A DNA stretch of 58,341 bases, taken from Thermoplasmatota archaeon (GTDB taxonomy: Archaea; Thermoplasmatota; Penumbrarchaeia; Penumbrarchaeales; Penumbrarchaeaceae). Below are positions 50,101 to 58,341 of the stretch, in pieces; position 1 is the first letter of the stretch, and each line of letters starts with the position of its first letter. Location of the stretch: assembly GCA_965234725.1 (NCBI GenBank), contig CBDDUX010000044.1:1-58341 (forward strand), written 5' to 3'. The position numbers were made by a program, and so were the translations under genes. The notes below the pieces were generated by a model. It was not told where the DNA came from. It did not search any database and was given only the letters and a program-made list of their open reading frames with translations.

Positions 50101-51051
50101 AATTTGAAAGGGACCTATACTTTCAAACTTATTGCCAGAGACTCCAACGGTCTTGAAAGGAACCGGACAGGTACGATAGAAGTTGAGAATTCAATTCCGG
50201 TTGCTATCATAGACAAAGCTTCGATAACAGTAAATTCCGGGCCTGGTAATTTTTCGGGTAGTTCAATGGTAACCTTGAAGGTCAGAGAGGGCGACGTTAT
50301 AGTTTTCCCAGGAGACCTTTCCCAGGACAACGATGTGAATGACGAGCTGAACCTGACCTGGGATATGGGTGACGGCACCCTCCTTTACGGCATAGAGGCC
50401 CTCCATTCATTCCAAAACTCGGGGCTTTTCGAGGTGGTTCTGACAATTGATGATGGCCATGGAGGTGTCTCAAACACGACAATGAAGGTTTCAATTGAGA
50501 ACCGTCCGCCATTTGCAATGTTCAAGGCAAAGGACCTGGGGAATGGAAAAGTGTCATTTGATGCCTCACAAAGCACTGATGATGCTTGGGACCTTGCCGG
50601 ACTGGTTTTCATATGGGACTTTGGTGACGGCAATGAGAAGAGGACCAGAGAACCTCGGATCGAATACCGCTACTCGTTCGGAGGTAGATTCGATGTGCAA
50701 CTAAGGGTCGAGGACGAGGATGGCGGAAGTGACACGTACGAGAGTGAGATAAATATCGATGGAATGACATTCTTCGAAGTCATTACAATCTCCCTGGTGG
50801 TCCTTGCGATATTGGGTACCGCGGGAGTTGTTGGAATTCTCTTTCTCCGGAGGAGAATGATCGATGAAGGCAAGGGTTTGAAGGATTATCTCAGGAAAGA
50901 TGAAAGAACGGAACTTGGATCCCAGGGAAGCTTCTCCCGGCCTACTGATCCAGGTCCGGCAGGAAAACCCGGACATTCTCATAGAACAGCTCCTGATAAG
51001 GATAGGTATCCGAAAAGTTCAAGTCAAGACCGGAGATTCGACAGGACATGA
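47176..51051 (+). CDS. Clostripain (C11) family cysteine peptidase with PKD domains and TM anchor
   Basis: KWTVLSYMNG, DLNEME, YPADHY...GHGGG (His), SFDICWMG (Cys), GWPY; PKD-type WDFGDG/WEFGDG/WDMGDG repeats. Confidence 0.9.
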   Translation: MQRKLMILALMAVLVFPFQTHIPSGVGIVMPEQEMGDGRAVEKWTVLSYMNGEGDLEKFITGDLNEMEQIGSSDSVDIVVQIDLGDGGNPPRNQDPFETWTETRRYHVEYHPEDGIGSTRLDGVGSLPVMGEVDMDDPESLRDFLEWGLSAYPADHYMIAIEGHGGGPADGLMEDPSSSGSDKKMYVYEMGAAIRNAIDNTIGVPVDIISFDICWMGMAEAAAEIMDHSRYMVGSFDEIPGAGWPYDRCLKRILNDTSLTLKQRLKGVVEEFMDYYDPSGGNSYMSLAAIDLMEFRERLLPAIADLGEELFFSDPQYNEIYNSLMPLIDNPRKKDDNEWDRYIDLYQFAELLSMDQRVPLRVREAAAGVISSEDQVLIYSDGGSDHPSSSRLFGIFYPTIRNQQNEYSPLVLSDLSAWDELAALRVEELAIEASGVNWTDPNPGSIRFELRTITPSLVNKVELQTILNGIQQNESIIGTGGMYAKTLDVSGFGSIQYRYLVTGKYGNVIEYPPDGFSEARFERESEPPEIWHHVTQSISLSSSDPGLTVFIRDETGLDTEIPARIPRIEYRETGTESWFSVPLAEMGYDRFRGWVEYMVIPTGIPSRTELEYHFLASDVYGNQARFPDEGEASTTMAEGKRFYLDGYRSSLQEHNLLVERFTAMGMSLTTGLGSNIPDLSGYKGYILIQPQEPLDGSDASRILAFHQGGGELMIVLDPNDGDQIVNARWIMEEIGLEVTTEGYVNGFYPSSPSSDLGDDLPSIAGTSQGSLIAGEGMNIVFYTSPPGSALLTGWYGMGKSVISIPSILDDQVMELASNRLLSELLITFLQENNPPEISHSVEPQGVLVPDQVFELDLSGSFDRDGIIESYSVTFSDNTHMEGLDPVFSHSFQTTGSYTAVIEVSDKEGASSSITISFKVNRPPGTELGVSGTMIHAGDTVVFDYKGSDPDGDEVYVLWEFGDGFKVSGRTVSHTYNLKGTYTFKLIARDSNGLERNRTGTIEVENSIPVAIIDKASITVNSGPGNFSGSSMVTLKVREGDVIVFPGDLSQDNDVNDELNLTWDMGDGTLLYGIEALHSFQNSGLFEVVLTIDDGHGGVSNTTMKVSIENRPPFAMFKAKDLGNGKVSFDASQSTDDAWDLAGLVFIWDFGDGNEKRTREPRIEYRYSFGGRFDVQLRVEDEDGGSDTYESEINIDGMTFFEVITISLVVLAILGTAGVVGILFLRRRMIDEGKGLKDYLRKDERTELGSQGSFSRPTDPGPAGKPGHSHRTAPDKDRYPKSSSQDRRFDRT

Positions 51052-51779
51052 GGGTCGCCGTCTGTTCCGATCTCCATGGGAACATCGACGCTGTTAAGAA
51101 TATTTGGGAGGCCCTACATGATGCGGATCGGATCATATGTCTTGGAGACATTGTAGGTATCGGTCCTCACCCCAGAGAGGTACTTGAACATGTTCTTGAT
51201 GATAAAAGGGTGATCAGGGTCATGGGGAACCATGATATGAACACCCGGGATGGAACTCAACTTGGCCCTATACAACACGTTCCGAGAAGACCACATCATG
51301 ATTGGGTCAGGAGCGAGTTAGGTGAACTTACCAAGGATCTGTCCTCTCCTATGTCCATAAAAATGGAACTGGGTGGAAGGAAAATGGTCTTCATGCACCG
51401 ACATCCGGATGACTGCGGTTCCAAGGTGCCCTATTTCGATAGACCTTTTCCAGAGGTCCTTGATGATTTTTATTCGGATATTGATGGGGATATGATTTTC
51501 TTCGGTCATACTCATATTCCCCTGATGGTTATGGGAAATACCGGGAGATCCTACTTGAATCCAGGTAGTGTTGGAGCTGAGAATGGTGGTTTCTCATCGT
51601 TCATTGTCCTGGATGATGAGAACGATAAGAGAATAGGAGTTGCTAAGAGAACGATCGGATATGATAAGGAGAAGGTGGTCCTTGACCTGAAGAGGTTAAA
51701 GGTCCCTTATCACCGATTTATAATTGAAAATTTTTACAATGACAGAGGTTGGGTCAGTTCCACCGTTAAGGATATCTAA
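51048..51779 (+). CDS. Calcineurin-like metallophosphoesterase (YfcE/MJ0936 type)
   Basis: SDLHGN, CLGDIVG, GNHD, FGHTH, NPGSVG. Confidence 0.92.
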   Translation: MRVAVCSDLHGNIDAVKNIWEALHDADRIICLGDIVGIGPHPREVLEHVLDDKRVIRVMGNHDMNTRDGTQLGPIQHVPRRPHHDWVRSELGELTKDLSSPMSIKMELGGRKMVFMHRHPDDCGSKVPYFDRPFPEVLDDFYSDIDGDMIFFGHTHIPLMVMGNTGRSYLNPGSVGAENGGFSSFIVLDDENDKRIGVAKRTIGYDKEKVVLDLKRLKVPYHRFIIENFYNDRGWVSSTVKDI

Positions 51780-51801
51780 TAAGATATCTTTGATTAGTCA
51801 G

Positions 51802-53478
51802 ATGAGAAAGAGGTCACTACTGTCAGCATCGGTCATCATAACGATCATGATTGTAGGTTATATCCTTCCCGGAACAGATGCAGCTTTTGATAACCAGAAG
51901 GTCCTGGATGGAAGAGATGATGTAAGGGCCTATACCATAAGGGAAAGAAGGGTATCCGGACATTCCGAGATAGATATCATTTCCCTGGAGACCTTTGAAA
52001 GGGTTGCAAGGGTCGAAGCTTATCTGACGACTGTAGATGATATTTCACCTGATTTCGGTTTCATCTACACGATCTCCTTGGGAGGTATAACGGCTTCATA
52101 TGACAATGGCAGTGTTCTTGTCACAAGGGCGAGCGATGGTGAGGATCTTAGTGGTGAAGTGGAGGTGGATATTGATGGGAACCAGATGTCCATGGTCGTA
52201 CAAAAGGTTCAAATGGATGACTCCGAGATGAACATCAATGCTTCCTCTTTGGAATATATTCTCGATTATGGAATGGAGCATTCCCAGGAGAACTATTACG
52301 ATATTGTCGAGGGGTTGGTGTCAGGTTCGGTGACACCTTATCAGGTATCTCTTACCGATCCGAAAAGTGATGTGATGTTCAATTACCTTGAAGAGACAGC
52401 CGGTTCCGATCCGGACATTGACATCTCAAGCATGTTGATATCAGGTGGGAGTGGGTCAGTAAGATTGGAGATGTCCCTTGAGGGTGAAGCGTTTGGAACT
52501 GGAAGGGAAGAATATATCTTCCAATTGGGAGAGCAGGTCTTTGGATATCAAAGGGATCAGGTCGAACAGCTGGAAGGAGATCATTCAAACATCCTTGATA
52601 GTGGAACGGAGGAAAACCTTGTCTATTTGGTGATCCAAAGACCTCTTCCATCTCCGGGAGAACTTCTCCAGGGTTCTTCCAGTATTGAAGGGGAAGATGG
52701 TGGTTGGCTGGAGGATACCTGCCCTGACAGACCTCATTATCAATTGGATATCTTCCCTTTCTCATCTGGTGATACCGTGGATGTTCAACTAGTGATCGGA
52801 GCTAACGGTAGGGTAGAGCTATCAATATCCACTTATGATTATGATCCATCCCTTGAGTCGATGATCATCGGATCCTGCGATCTGGATTCATCCGGGGAGA
52901 TAGAGAAGGAAGAGATCGACACATTGTTTGATCCTATTATTAAGGGTTTGAAGATGGACCCCCCTATAAAGATCAATGAAAAGGATGAAGACATTTCCGT
53001 GGAATTTGAGTATTCGGGCCTTATTGACACATCTCTTCTGAGGATCACCATGAAAGTATCCCTCAATACGGACCTTGACAAGAAAGAGAAGATGAGCATC
53101 GAAATCGTACCATTCAGGACAAAGACATCAAGGATCTCCAATGATCCTATCCATATGGACCTTTTAATGGATCTTCCGGATGATTGGGAGATCCTGCCAT
53201 TGTCTCTCTTTCCGGTAGAACTGGGTAACTACCTCTCACTTGACAAAGGAACGGTCGAGGTAATTTCTGATGAGCCCTTGAAAATGGATATGATCTTAGG
53301 TGGGATATCCTTCGATCTCAGATATGATCCCAATGAGGCGGATCCCTCCAATGATCCTGTGAAATACGAAGATGTTCCTCTTTGGGTCTATATTGTCCTC
53401 ATATTGGCGGTGATCGGGATCTGTCTTCTTATCATAAAGTTAACATCTAAAAGAGGACCCCCTCCAGAAGATATTTAA
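51802..53478 (+). CDS. Secreted, membrane-anchored hypothetical protein with an internal duplicated domain
   Basis: Signal peptide from ATG 51802 (ORF track 51724); duplicated D..DDV/SDV...DI.I motif; EF-hand-like DLDSSGEIEKEE; TM. Confidence 0.75.
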   Translation: MRKRSLLSASVIITIMIVGYILPGTDAAFDNQKVLDGRDDVRAYTIRERRVSGHSEIDIISLETFERVARVEAYLTTVDDISPDFGFIYTISLGGITASYDNGSVLVTRASDGEDLSGEVEVDIDGNQMSMVVQKVQMDDSEMNINASSLEYILDYGMEHSQENYYDIVEGLVSGSVTPYQVSLTDPKSDVMFNYLEETAGSDPDIDISSMLISGGSGSVRLEMSLEGEAFGTGREEYIFQLGEQVFGYQRDQVEQLEGDHSNILDSGTEENLVYLVIQRPLPSPGELLQGSSSIEGEDGGWLEDTCPDRPHYQLDIFPFSSGDTVDVQLVIGANGRVELSISTYDYDPSLESMIIGSCDLDSSGEIEKEEIDTLFDPIIKGLKMDPPIKINEKDEDISVEFEYSGLIDTSLLRITMKVSLNTDLDKKEKMSIEIVPFRTKTSRISNDPIHMDLLMDLPDDWEILPLSLFPVELGNYLSLDKGTVEVISDEPLKMDMILGGISFDLRYDPNEADPSNDPVKYEDVPLWVYIVLILAVIGICLLIIKLTSKRGPPPEDI

Positions 53479-53479
53479 C

Positions 53480-54649
53480 TTGTTTCAACGGTTCCGGATC
53501 ATGAATACGGAAGGAGGAACAGGTTATCAAAAGGCCATACCTGTATCAGCCATCGATCTGAGGGAATTGTCAGAGATATACAGCGAGAAGGACGTCTTTA
53601 TTTCTCTTTATCTCCCCACTGCCACGAGATCCGATAGGGACCTCAACGGTCCCTTCGTCCAGCAGAGAGAACGGATCATTGGAAAGGTCATAGGCAAAGA
53701 CCTGCAGGAATGCTTCGGCCCCACTATGGAAGAGGTTAAGACCATTATTGACCATGCTCAAGTGGAAGATGAGAAAGGTCTTGTTATATTCGCTTCCAGA
53801 TGCTCGGGTTTCCTAAAGGTATTCAGGATAGCTGCCGAACCCGATCGGAAAATGGTCCTTGACACATCTCCATACCTTCTACCACTGGCATCCCTCCAGG
53901 ATGAATTCCAGGATTACGGCCTCCTCCTGTTGGATTCAAGGGAAGCCAGATTGATGTTAGTAAGATCGTCCATACTTGAAATGGAGGGTGGGTCTTCCAT
54001 AGATCTGATGAACAAGCATAAGAAAGGTGGCATGTCCCAGATGAGGTTCAACCGTCTAAGGCGGGGAGCCATCAAATCCTTTGTTACGGAGGTCGTTGAA
54101 GATCTCAGGTCCTTGGAAGGTCTCAGCGATCTGCGGGGCATCGTCGTTGCAGGACCCGGAGAGGCTAAGAAATTGCTTATGGAAGAACTTCCCAAGGATA
54201 TTTCTGACCTGGTGATGGGGACCCTCGATGTAGATATGGGCATCTCTGCCGGAGATCTGATCAGCTTGACAAATGAGATCGCATCGGAGGAGGAGAGAGA
54301 GGAGGAGGCAGAATATGTTAAAACTCTCCAAGTTGCAATAATGAAGGGGGATCCTGCCGCCTATGGAGAGGAGGAGATAAAACAAGCTTTAGAGCAGGGA
54401 AGGGTAGGTGTGCTACTAATACTCGAAGGAACGTCGATCCCTGGGTGGATATGTGAGAGGTGCCAGAACCTCCATGCCAGAAAAGCTCCGCCCAAGACCT
54501 GTCCGAAATGCGGAGCCCCTACCTCAAGTGTGGAATTCGTGGAGGAGCTTTACGAACTTGCAATGAGGACCGACGCTGAAGTAGAGTTCGTTAAGGAATC
54601 CACCTTCCTTGATTCGATAGGAGGATTGGGAGCGATCCTTAGATACTGA
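53480..54649 (+). CDS. eRF1/pelota-fold release-factor paralogue (baeRF/Vms1-like) with zinc ribbon
   Basis: ISLYLP, KHKKGGMSQMRFNRLR, VAGPGEAK, AAYG, CERC/CPKC, GGLGAILRY. Confidence 0.85.
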   Translation: MFQRFRIMNTEGGTGYQKAIPVSAIDLRELSEIYSEKDVFISLYLPTATRSDRDLNGPFVQQRERIIGKVIGKDLQECFGPTMEEVKTIIDHAQVEDEKGLVIFASRCSGFLKVFRIAAEPDRKMVLDTSPYLLPLASLQDEFQDYGLLLLDSREARLMLVRSSILEMEGGSSIDLMNKHKKGGMSQMRFNRLRRGAIKSFVTEVVEDLRSLEGLSDLRGIVVAGPGEAKKLLMEELPKDISDLVMGTLDVDMGISAGDLISLTNEIASEEEREEEAEYVKTLQVAIMKGDPAAYGEEEIKQALEQGRVGVLLILEGTSIPGWICERCQNLHARKAPPKTCPKCGAPTSSVEFVEELYELAMRTDAEVEFVKESTFLDSIGGLGAILRY

Positions 54650-54662
54650 CAATGGATTCAGA

Positions 54663-56123
54663 TCAGGTAGCATTTTCTCCTTCTTCCGAATATATGACCT
54701 TTCCAACCCAGATATCGGATCTAACCGCCTGGGGAGTCCCTTCTCTTGCATCACACCAGACACCCACTGAAAAACCGGGTCCTGAAGCCAGGGAAAGATA
54801 ATCTCCAATAAAAGGTCCTCTGGTATTATCTCCTTCAAATGGTTCATCCTGCATCCTGATATTATCCCATGTCAGGCCTCCATCTCTCGAGATAGCGAAA
54901 TAGACCGAGATCAGGTTATTATCCGGATCGTCCCTTCTGTCATAGAACATCACCTGGACGGATCCGTCGTTGCCAACTGCGACGGCAGGAAAGAACTGGT
55001 CATTATCCATGGCAGTGGTGGCGTTGTTCACCTTCACAGGAGCTATCCAGGTATCTCCTTTATTGTAGGAAGCAACCATGTAGATGTCACCTTCCCCTGT
55101 TCTATAGTCAGGCCAGGCAATGTATATCGAACCATCCCCGTCTCCCCCGGTGTTGTCCACAGACATATCGCACATAGTAGGGGTCCTGTATTCACCGTTG
55201 GGGAGGTAATAAGGGAGTGGGGTGACGGAAGCAATTGTCCTGACCGCCTCAAAAGAATCACCTCCATTGGTCGACCTTGTATATCTCAGGGAACCGATGT
55301 CATATTCTATCCAGGAGACATGGATAGTACCATCGGATGTTACCTCCAACTGGGAACCCTGGACCTGTCTTTCCTTCCTGGTAATCTCCGAGATTATCTG
55401 GGGACGGGACCAGGTTTCACCTCGATCTCTTGAGACCGAATGTGCCATGGCGGATGACACACCATAGAGCTGGAATGCCGTCCATGTAACATGTACATCT
55501 CCTGTGGTTGGATCCACAGCGATCCATTCCTTGTCATGAAAGGTAAGATAATTTGAGATCGATGAGATCACCAGGGAGACCATATTGAAGTTCTCACCAC
55601 CGTCATCTGACCTGGCAACAAAAATGCCAGATCCGGGTTTCAGGATATTGCCGAGGGCAGGGTCCCTCTGGAAAACTATTCCCGCCATGTAACAAGTTCC
55701 GTCGGGGGCGAACGTTAGAACAGGATCGCCTCCTCCCGCGAACCTCCACAATGGGGAGTTCCTGTCACCGTCATAACCTGGAATGAGGCCCCTTCCCCAT
55801 GTTTCACCTCCATCCCTGGACCAGTAATAACCGCACCAGGCATCTCCACTAGGTGTTCCATAATCATTTGATCCGGCCACGATGTTCATGCTATCGGTGG
55901 GATTCACAGCTAAAGCTGGCTCGTTATTTGCAGTGTCCAGGTCTGTTACTGGAAGATTCGGGAAACTGGTATAGGCTTTGAAACCCAACTCCTCCACACC
56001 ATTTTCACCCTTCTTAGAAGAACTATCGTCTGTGATCAGCGAATATAGAAATCCACCGATCACCAGAATTACAATGACCAAACCAACACTGATCAGTACC
56101 CTGTTAGTCTTCTTTTCCCCCAT
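54663..56123 (-). CDS. Membrane-anchored BNR/Asp-box (sialidase-like) beta-propeller protein
   Basis: Repeated S.DGG.TW (SRDGGETW, SDDGGENF, SRDRGETW, STNGGDSF, SRDGGLTW), DKEW, DQFFP, GDY; N-terminal TM; start uncertain (ORF track 56183). Confidence 0.85.
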   Translation of the reverse strand: MGEKKTNRVLISVGLVIVILVIGGFLYSLITDDSSSKKGENGVEELGFKAYTSFPNLPVTDLDTANNEPALAVNPTDSMNIVAGSNDYGTPSGDAWCGYYWSRDGGETWGRGLIPGYDGDRNSPLWRFAGGGDPVLTFAPDGTCYMAGIVFQRDPALGNILKPGSGIFVARSDDGGENFNMVSLVISSISNYLTFHDKEWIAVDPTTGDVHVTWTAFQLYGVSSAMAHSVSRDRGETWSRPQIISEITRKERQVQGSQLEVTSDGTIHVSWIEYDIGSLRYTRSTNGGDSFEAVRTIASVTPLPYYLPNGEYRTPTMCDMSVDNTGGDGDGSIYIAWPDYRTGEGDIYMVASYNKGDTWIAPVKVNNATTAMDNDQFFPAVAVGNDGSVQVMFYDRRDDPDNNLISVYFAISRDGGLTWDNIRMQDEPFEGDNTRGPFIGDYLSLASGPGFSVGVWCDAREGTPQAVRSDIWVGKVIYSEEGENAT

Positions 56124-56253
56124 GGGCGCCATGATCAACAGATACGAGGGGCCTTTATTGAAATTATCGGTGAAATGGTTCATCTATGTACTGCAAAACC
56201 TTTTATTATGGGACATCTGATAGGAAGTCAGTCAGTTCAAAGGTGATAGTGGG

Positions 56254-58260
56254 ATGGACTTTGGATGGCTCGAGGAGCCGATTCTCGGACCAGATATACT
56301 TCTCGAGGAAGTTCTCATAGCCAGTGGCATCCTTGTTCTGGGTATAATCCTTGCATTTATTTTTCCCAGATTGATCTCCAGGAATATCGGGGAACTCTTT
56401 GTCAATTATCAGATGAAGCAGATGGAGAAAAAGAAGAAGAAGACCAAGGATGAGCTCGAGGAAGAAAAGGTCCATATCCGGAGAAGGATGAGAAGGTCCC
56501 TTGAAAAACCTCTGAGAAGGTCCCTTGCCGTTGCTTACTTCCTTCTATTCTTCCTTCTCGCAATCTATTCGATCGATATCGGTCTGGATACCAATATTGA
56601 GATCGTTAGCAGGAACTATCAAGCATGGCAGTTCCTGCAGTTTGGAATGATCCTGGGATTCCTCGTGATCTTTGTCATCCTTGCAGTTGAACCCATCCTT
56701 CGGGCCCTTGTATATTCTCTTCTAAGTGATTCATATTCAAAGGCTGGAAAATACAGTCTATTCAGATCCTTGAGATTCCCAACGAAGTTCGTGATCCTTG
56801 TCTTTGGCATTTATATCACTCTGATCACAACGTTTTCCAAAAATGAGCTTGGACCCTTTGAGTGGTTGACCCGGACCCTGATATTCATTATTGTTTTACT
56901 GTTGTCTTATTTGATAGCCCAACTCTTTGTCGCTTTGACGGAACCCACTTTCAAGGGTCGCGACAGGACTACAAGGGCAGCAAGTAAGGTTGTAGGACGG
57001 ATCATAAAGGTGGGGATCTATCTTATCGGCGGTCTTCTTGGATTGACGCTTCTGGGATTCGATCTGGTATATATCGCAACATCCCTCGGTCTGATCGGTT
57101 TTGCATTGGCATTCGGTCTTCAGGACACAGTGGCTAACTTCGCTGCAGGTATAATGATCGCTCTGGACAAGCCGTTCATAATTGGTGACAGGATCAGGAT
57201 CGATTGGGGAGGCAAGGAGACGTGGGGTGACGTTCGGGATATATCACTTCGATCCACCTGGATCAAGACGCCAGAGGATGAGATGATTGTTGTACCCAAT
57301 AATGTCATCGCTTCCTCCCAGGTTTGGAACTATACCAAGGATTCCCCAAAGGTTGCACTTCATTTTGATATTGGAATATCATACGATTCGGACTGGAAAC
57401 TTGCAGAGAAATTGATGCTGGCAGTAATTCAGAAACATCCACTGGTAATGAACACACCCTCACCTTATGTCCTCATGAAGGAGTTTGGAGAATCCTCTCA
57501 GATCCTGACCATTTGGTTCTGGATACCTGAGGCCAGGGATATGCTGGTCATCAGATCGGATATCCTGAAGAGGATAAAGGATTCCTTCGACCGCAACGGC
57601 GTGGAGATACCCTTCCCGTACAGGACACTTGTTTACAAGGCAGATATATCCAAACCCAAGGTCCTCGGAGAGGAGTATCACAGTCCGGTCTTCCTTCCTT
57701 CAACTGGTTTCAAGGAATTCAAGATAGCGAACGGGGGAGCAGTTGAGATGGGGATATCGGGTTCAGTGATACTGGCCCCTACCTCCTCCTCGATCCCGGC
57801 ACGTTCCACAGCTCCTTATGTCATGGAGACCGCAAAGAAGATGGGGGCATCGGTTTCGGCACTATTTATCAAGACCCCGGGTTCTGATCTGAGGGATGGA
57901 CAGAAGGCCCTCAGGATCTATAACGAGGTGGCAAAGAACTTCGGTGTGGATATCAAGCTCATTTTCAAAGAAGGGGATATCCTGGAGAACATATTGATGG
58001 CAGTGGAACAGGAAAATGCGTCCATAGTCATTATGGGCACAACCGAAGAGTCGGTCTTCGGATCCCTCACAAGGAGGTCCATAAGTCAGGAACTTCTTCT
58101 TCATCTCAATATTCCTACAATGATCATTCCATTCTCCAGGGATGGAGCAAGGGATATTACCGGCAAATCCGAGGAATTCCAGTATGATGATTCCACAGCC
58201 AGTTTAGAATCGATAATGGCCCTTGAAAAACTGGAAGAGAAAGCGGAAAAAGGTGATTAA
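56254..58260 (+). CDS. MscS-family mechanosensitive channel with C-terminal universal-stress (USP-like) domain
   Basis: GLIGFALAFGLQDTVANFAAG, PFIIGDRI, STWIKT, VPN, GVEIPFP; C-terminal ILAPT...VIMG...GS...IPTMII. Confidence 0.9.
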   Translation: MDFGWLEEPILGPDILLEEVLIASGILVLGIILAFIFPRLISRNIGELFVNYQMKQMEKKKKKTKDELEEEKVHIRRRMRRSLEKPLRRSLAVAYFLLFFLLAIYSIDIGLDTNIEIVSRNYQAWQFLQFGMILGFLVIFVILAVEPILRALVYSLLSDSYSKAGKYSLFRSLRFPTKFVILVFGIYITLITTFSKNELGPFEWLTRTLIFIIVLLLSYLIAQLFVALTEPTFKGRDRTTRAASKVVGRIIKVGIYLIGGLLGLTLLGFDLVYIATSLGLIGFALAFGLQDTVANFAAGIMIALDKPFIIGDRIRIDWGGKETWGDVRDISLRSTWIKTPEDEMIVVPNNVIASSQVWNYTKDSPKVALHFDIGISYDSDWKLAEKLMLAVIQKHPLVMNTPSPYVLMKEFGESSQILTIWFWIPEARDMLVIRSDILKRIKDSFDRNGVEIPFPYRTLVYKADISKPKVLGEEYHSPVFLPSTGFKEFKIANGGAVEMGISGSVILAPTSSSIPARSTAPYVMETAKKMGASVSALFIKTPGSDLRDGQKALRIYNEVAKNFGVDIKLIFKEGDILENILMAVEQENASIVIMGTTEESVFGSLTRRSISQELLLHLNIPTMIIPFSRDGARDITGKSEEFQYDDSTASLESIMALEKLEEKAEKGD

Positions 58261-58341
58261 GAGGGCCCAAAGGAACCTGATCGATTTTACAAAAAAAGCA
58301 TTCCTACGGAATGCTCGAGCCTAACGGCTCTTTAGATCAAT

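Overview
Archaeal DNA, most likely a Thermoplasmatota-type genome. The evidence is egsA, priL, gatE, dacZ, a presenilin homologue, GGTGA/GGAGG RBSs and many C-terminally anchored surface proteins. The window has two parts. 21.7-58.3 kb is densely packed core/housekeeping and cell-surface genes. 1-21.7 kb is an accessory island abutting the 3' end of tRNA-Thr(GGT) (21736-21807, minus strand). The island starts with a three-gene module: RHH/coiled-coil protein, tyrosine recombinase, 177-aa unknown. Next come three direct copies of a ~210-235 bp non-coding element (9071-9303, 16214-16423, 19297-19527). Each copy has a GC-rich hairpin at one end and phased 21-bp ACGAC-type motifs at the other. The copies separate large genes for membrane-anchored, Ca-binding surface proteins. 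The main candidate novelty is this integrase-adjacent, repeat-delimited cassette array: integron-like in layout, but without attC or IntI signatures. Secondary points: dacZ and a cation/H+ antiporter lie in one frame separated by a single TAA with no canonical start codon; an unlisted 45-aa zinc-ribbon gene precedes priL; there is an eRF1 paralogue with a GGMSQ loop; and a 2122-aa surface protein has a toxin-like layout. All family calls come from motif recognition by eye; no searches were run.
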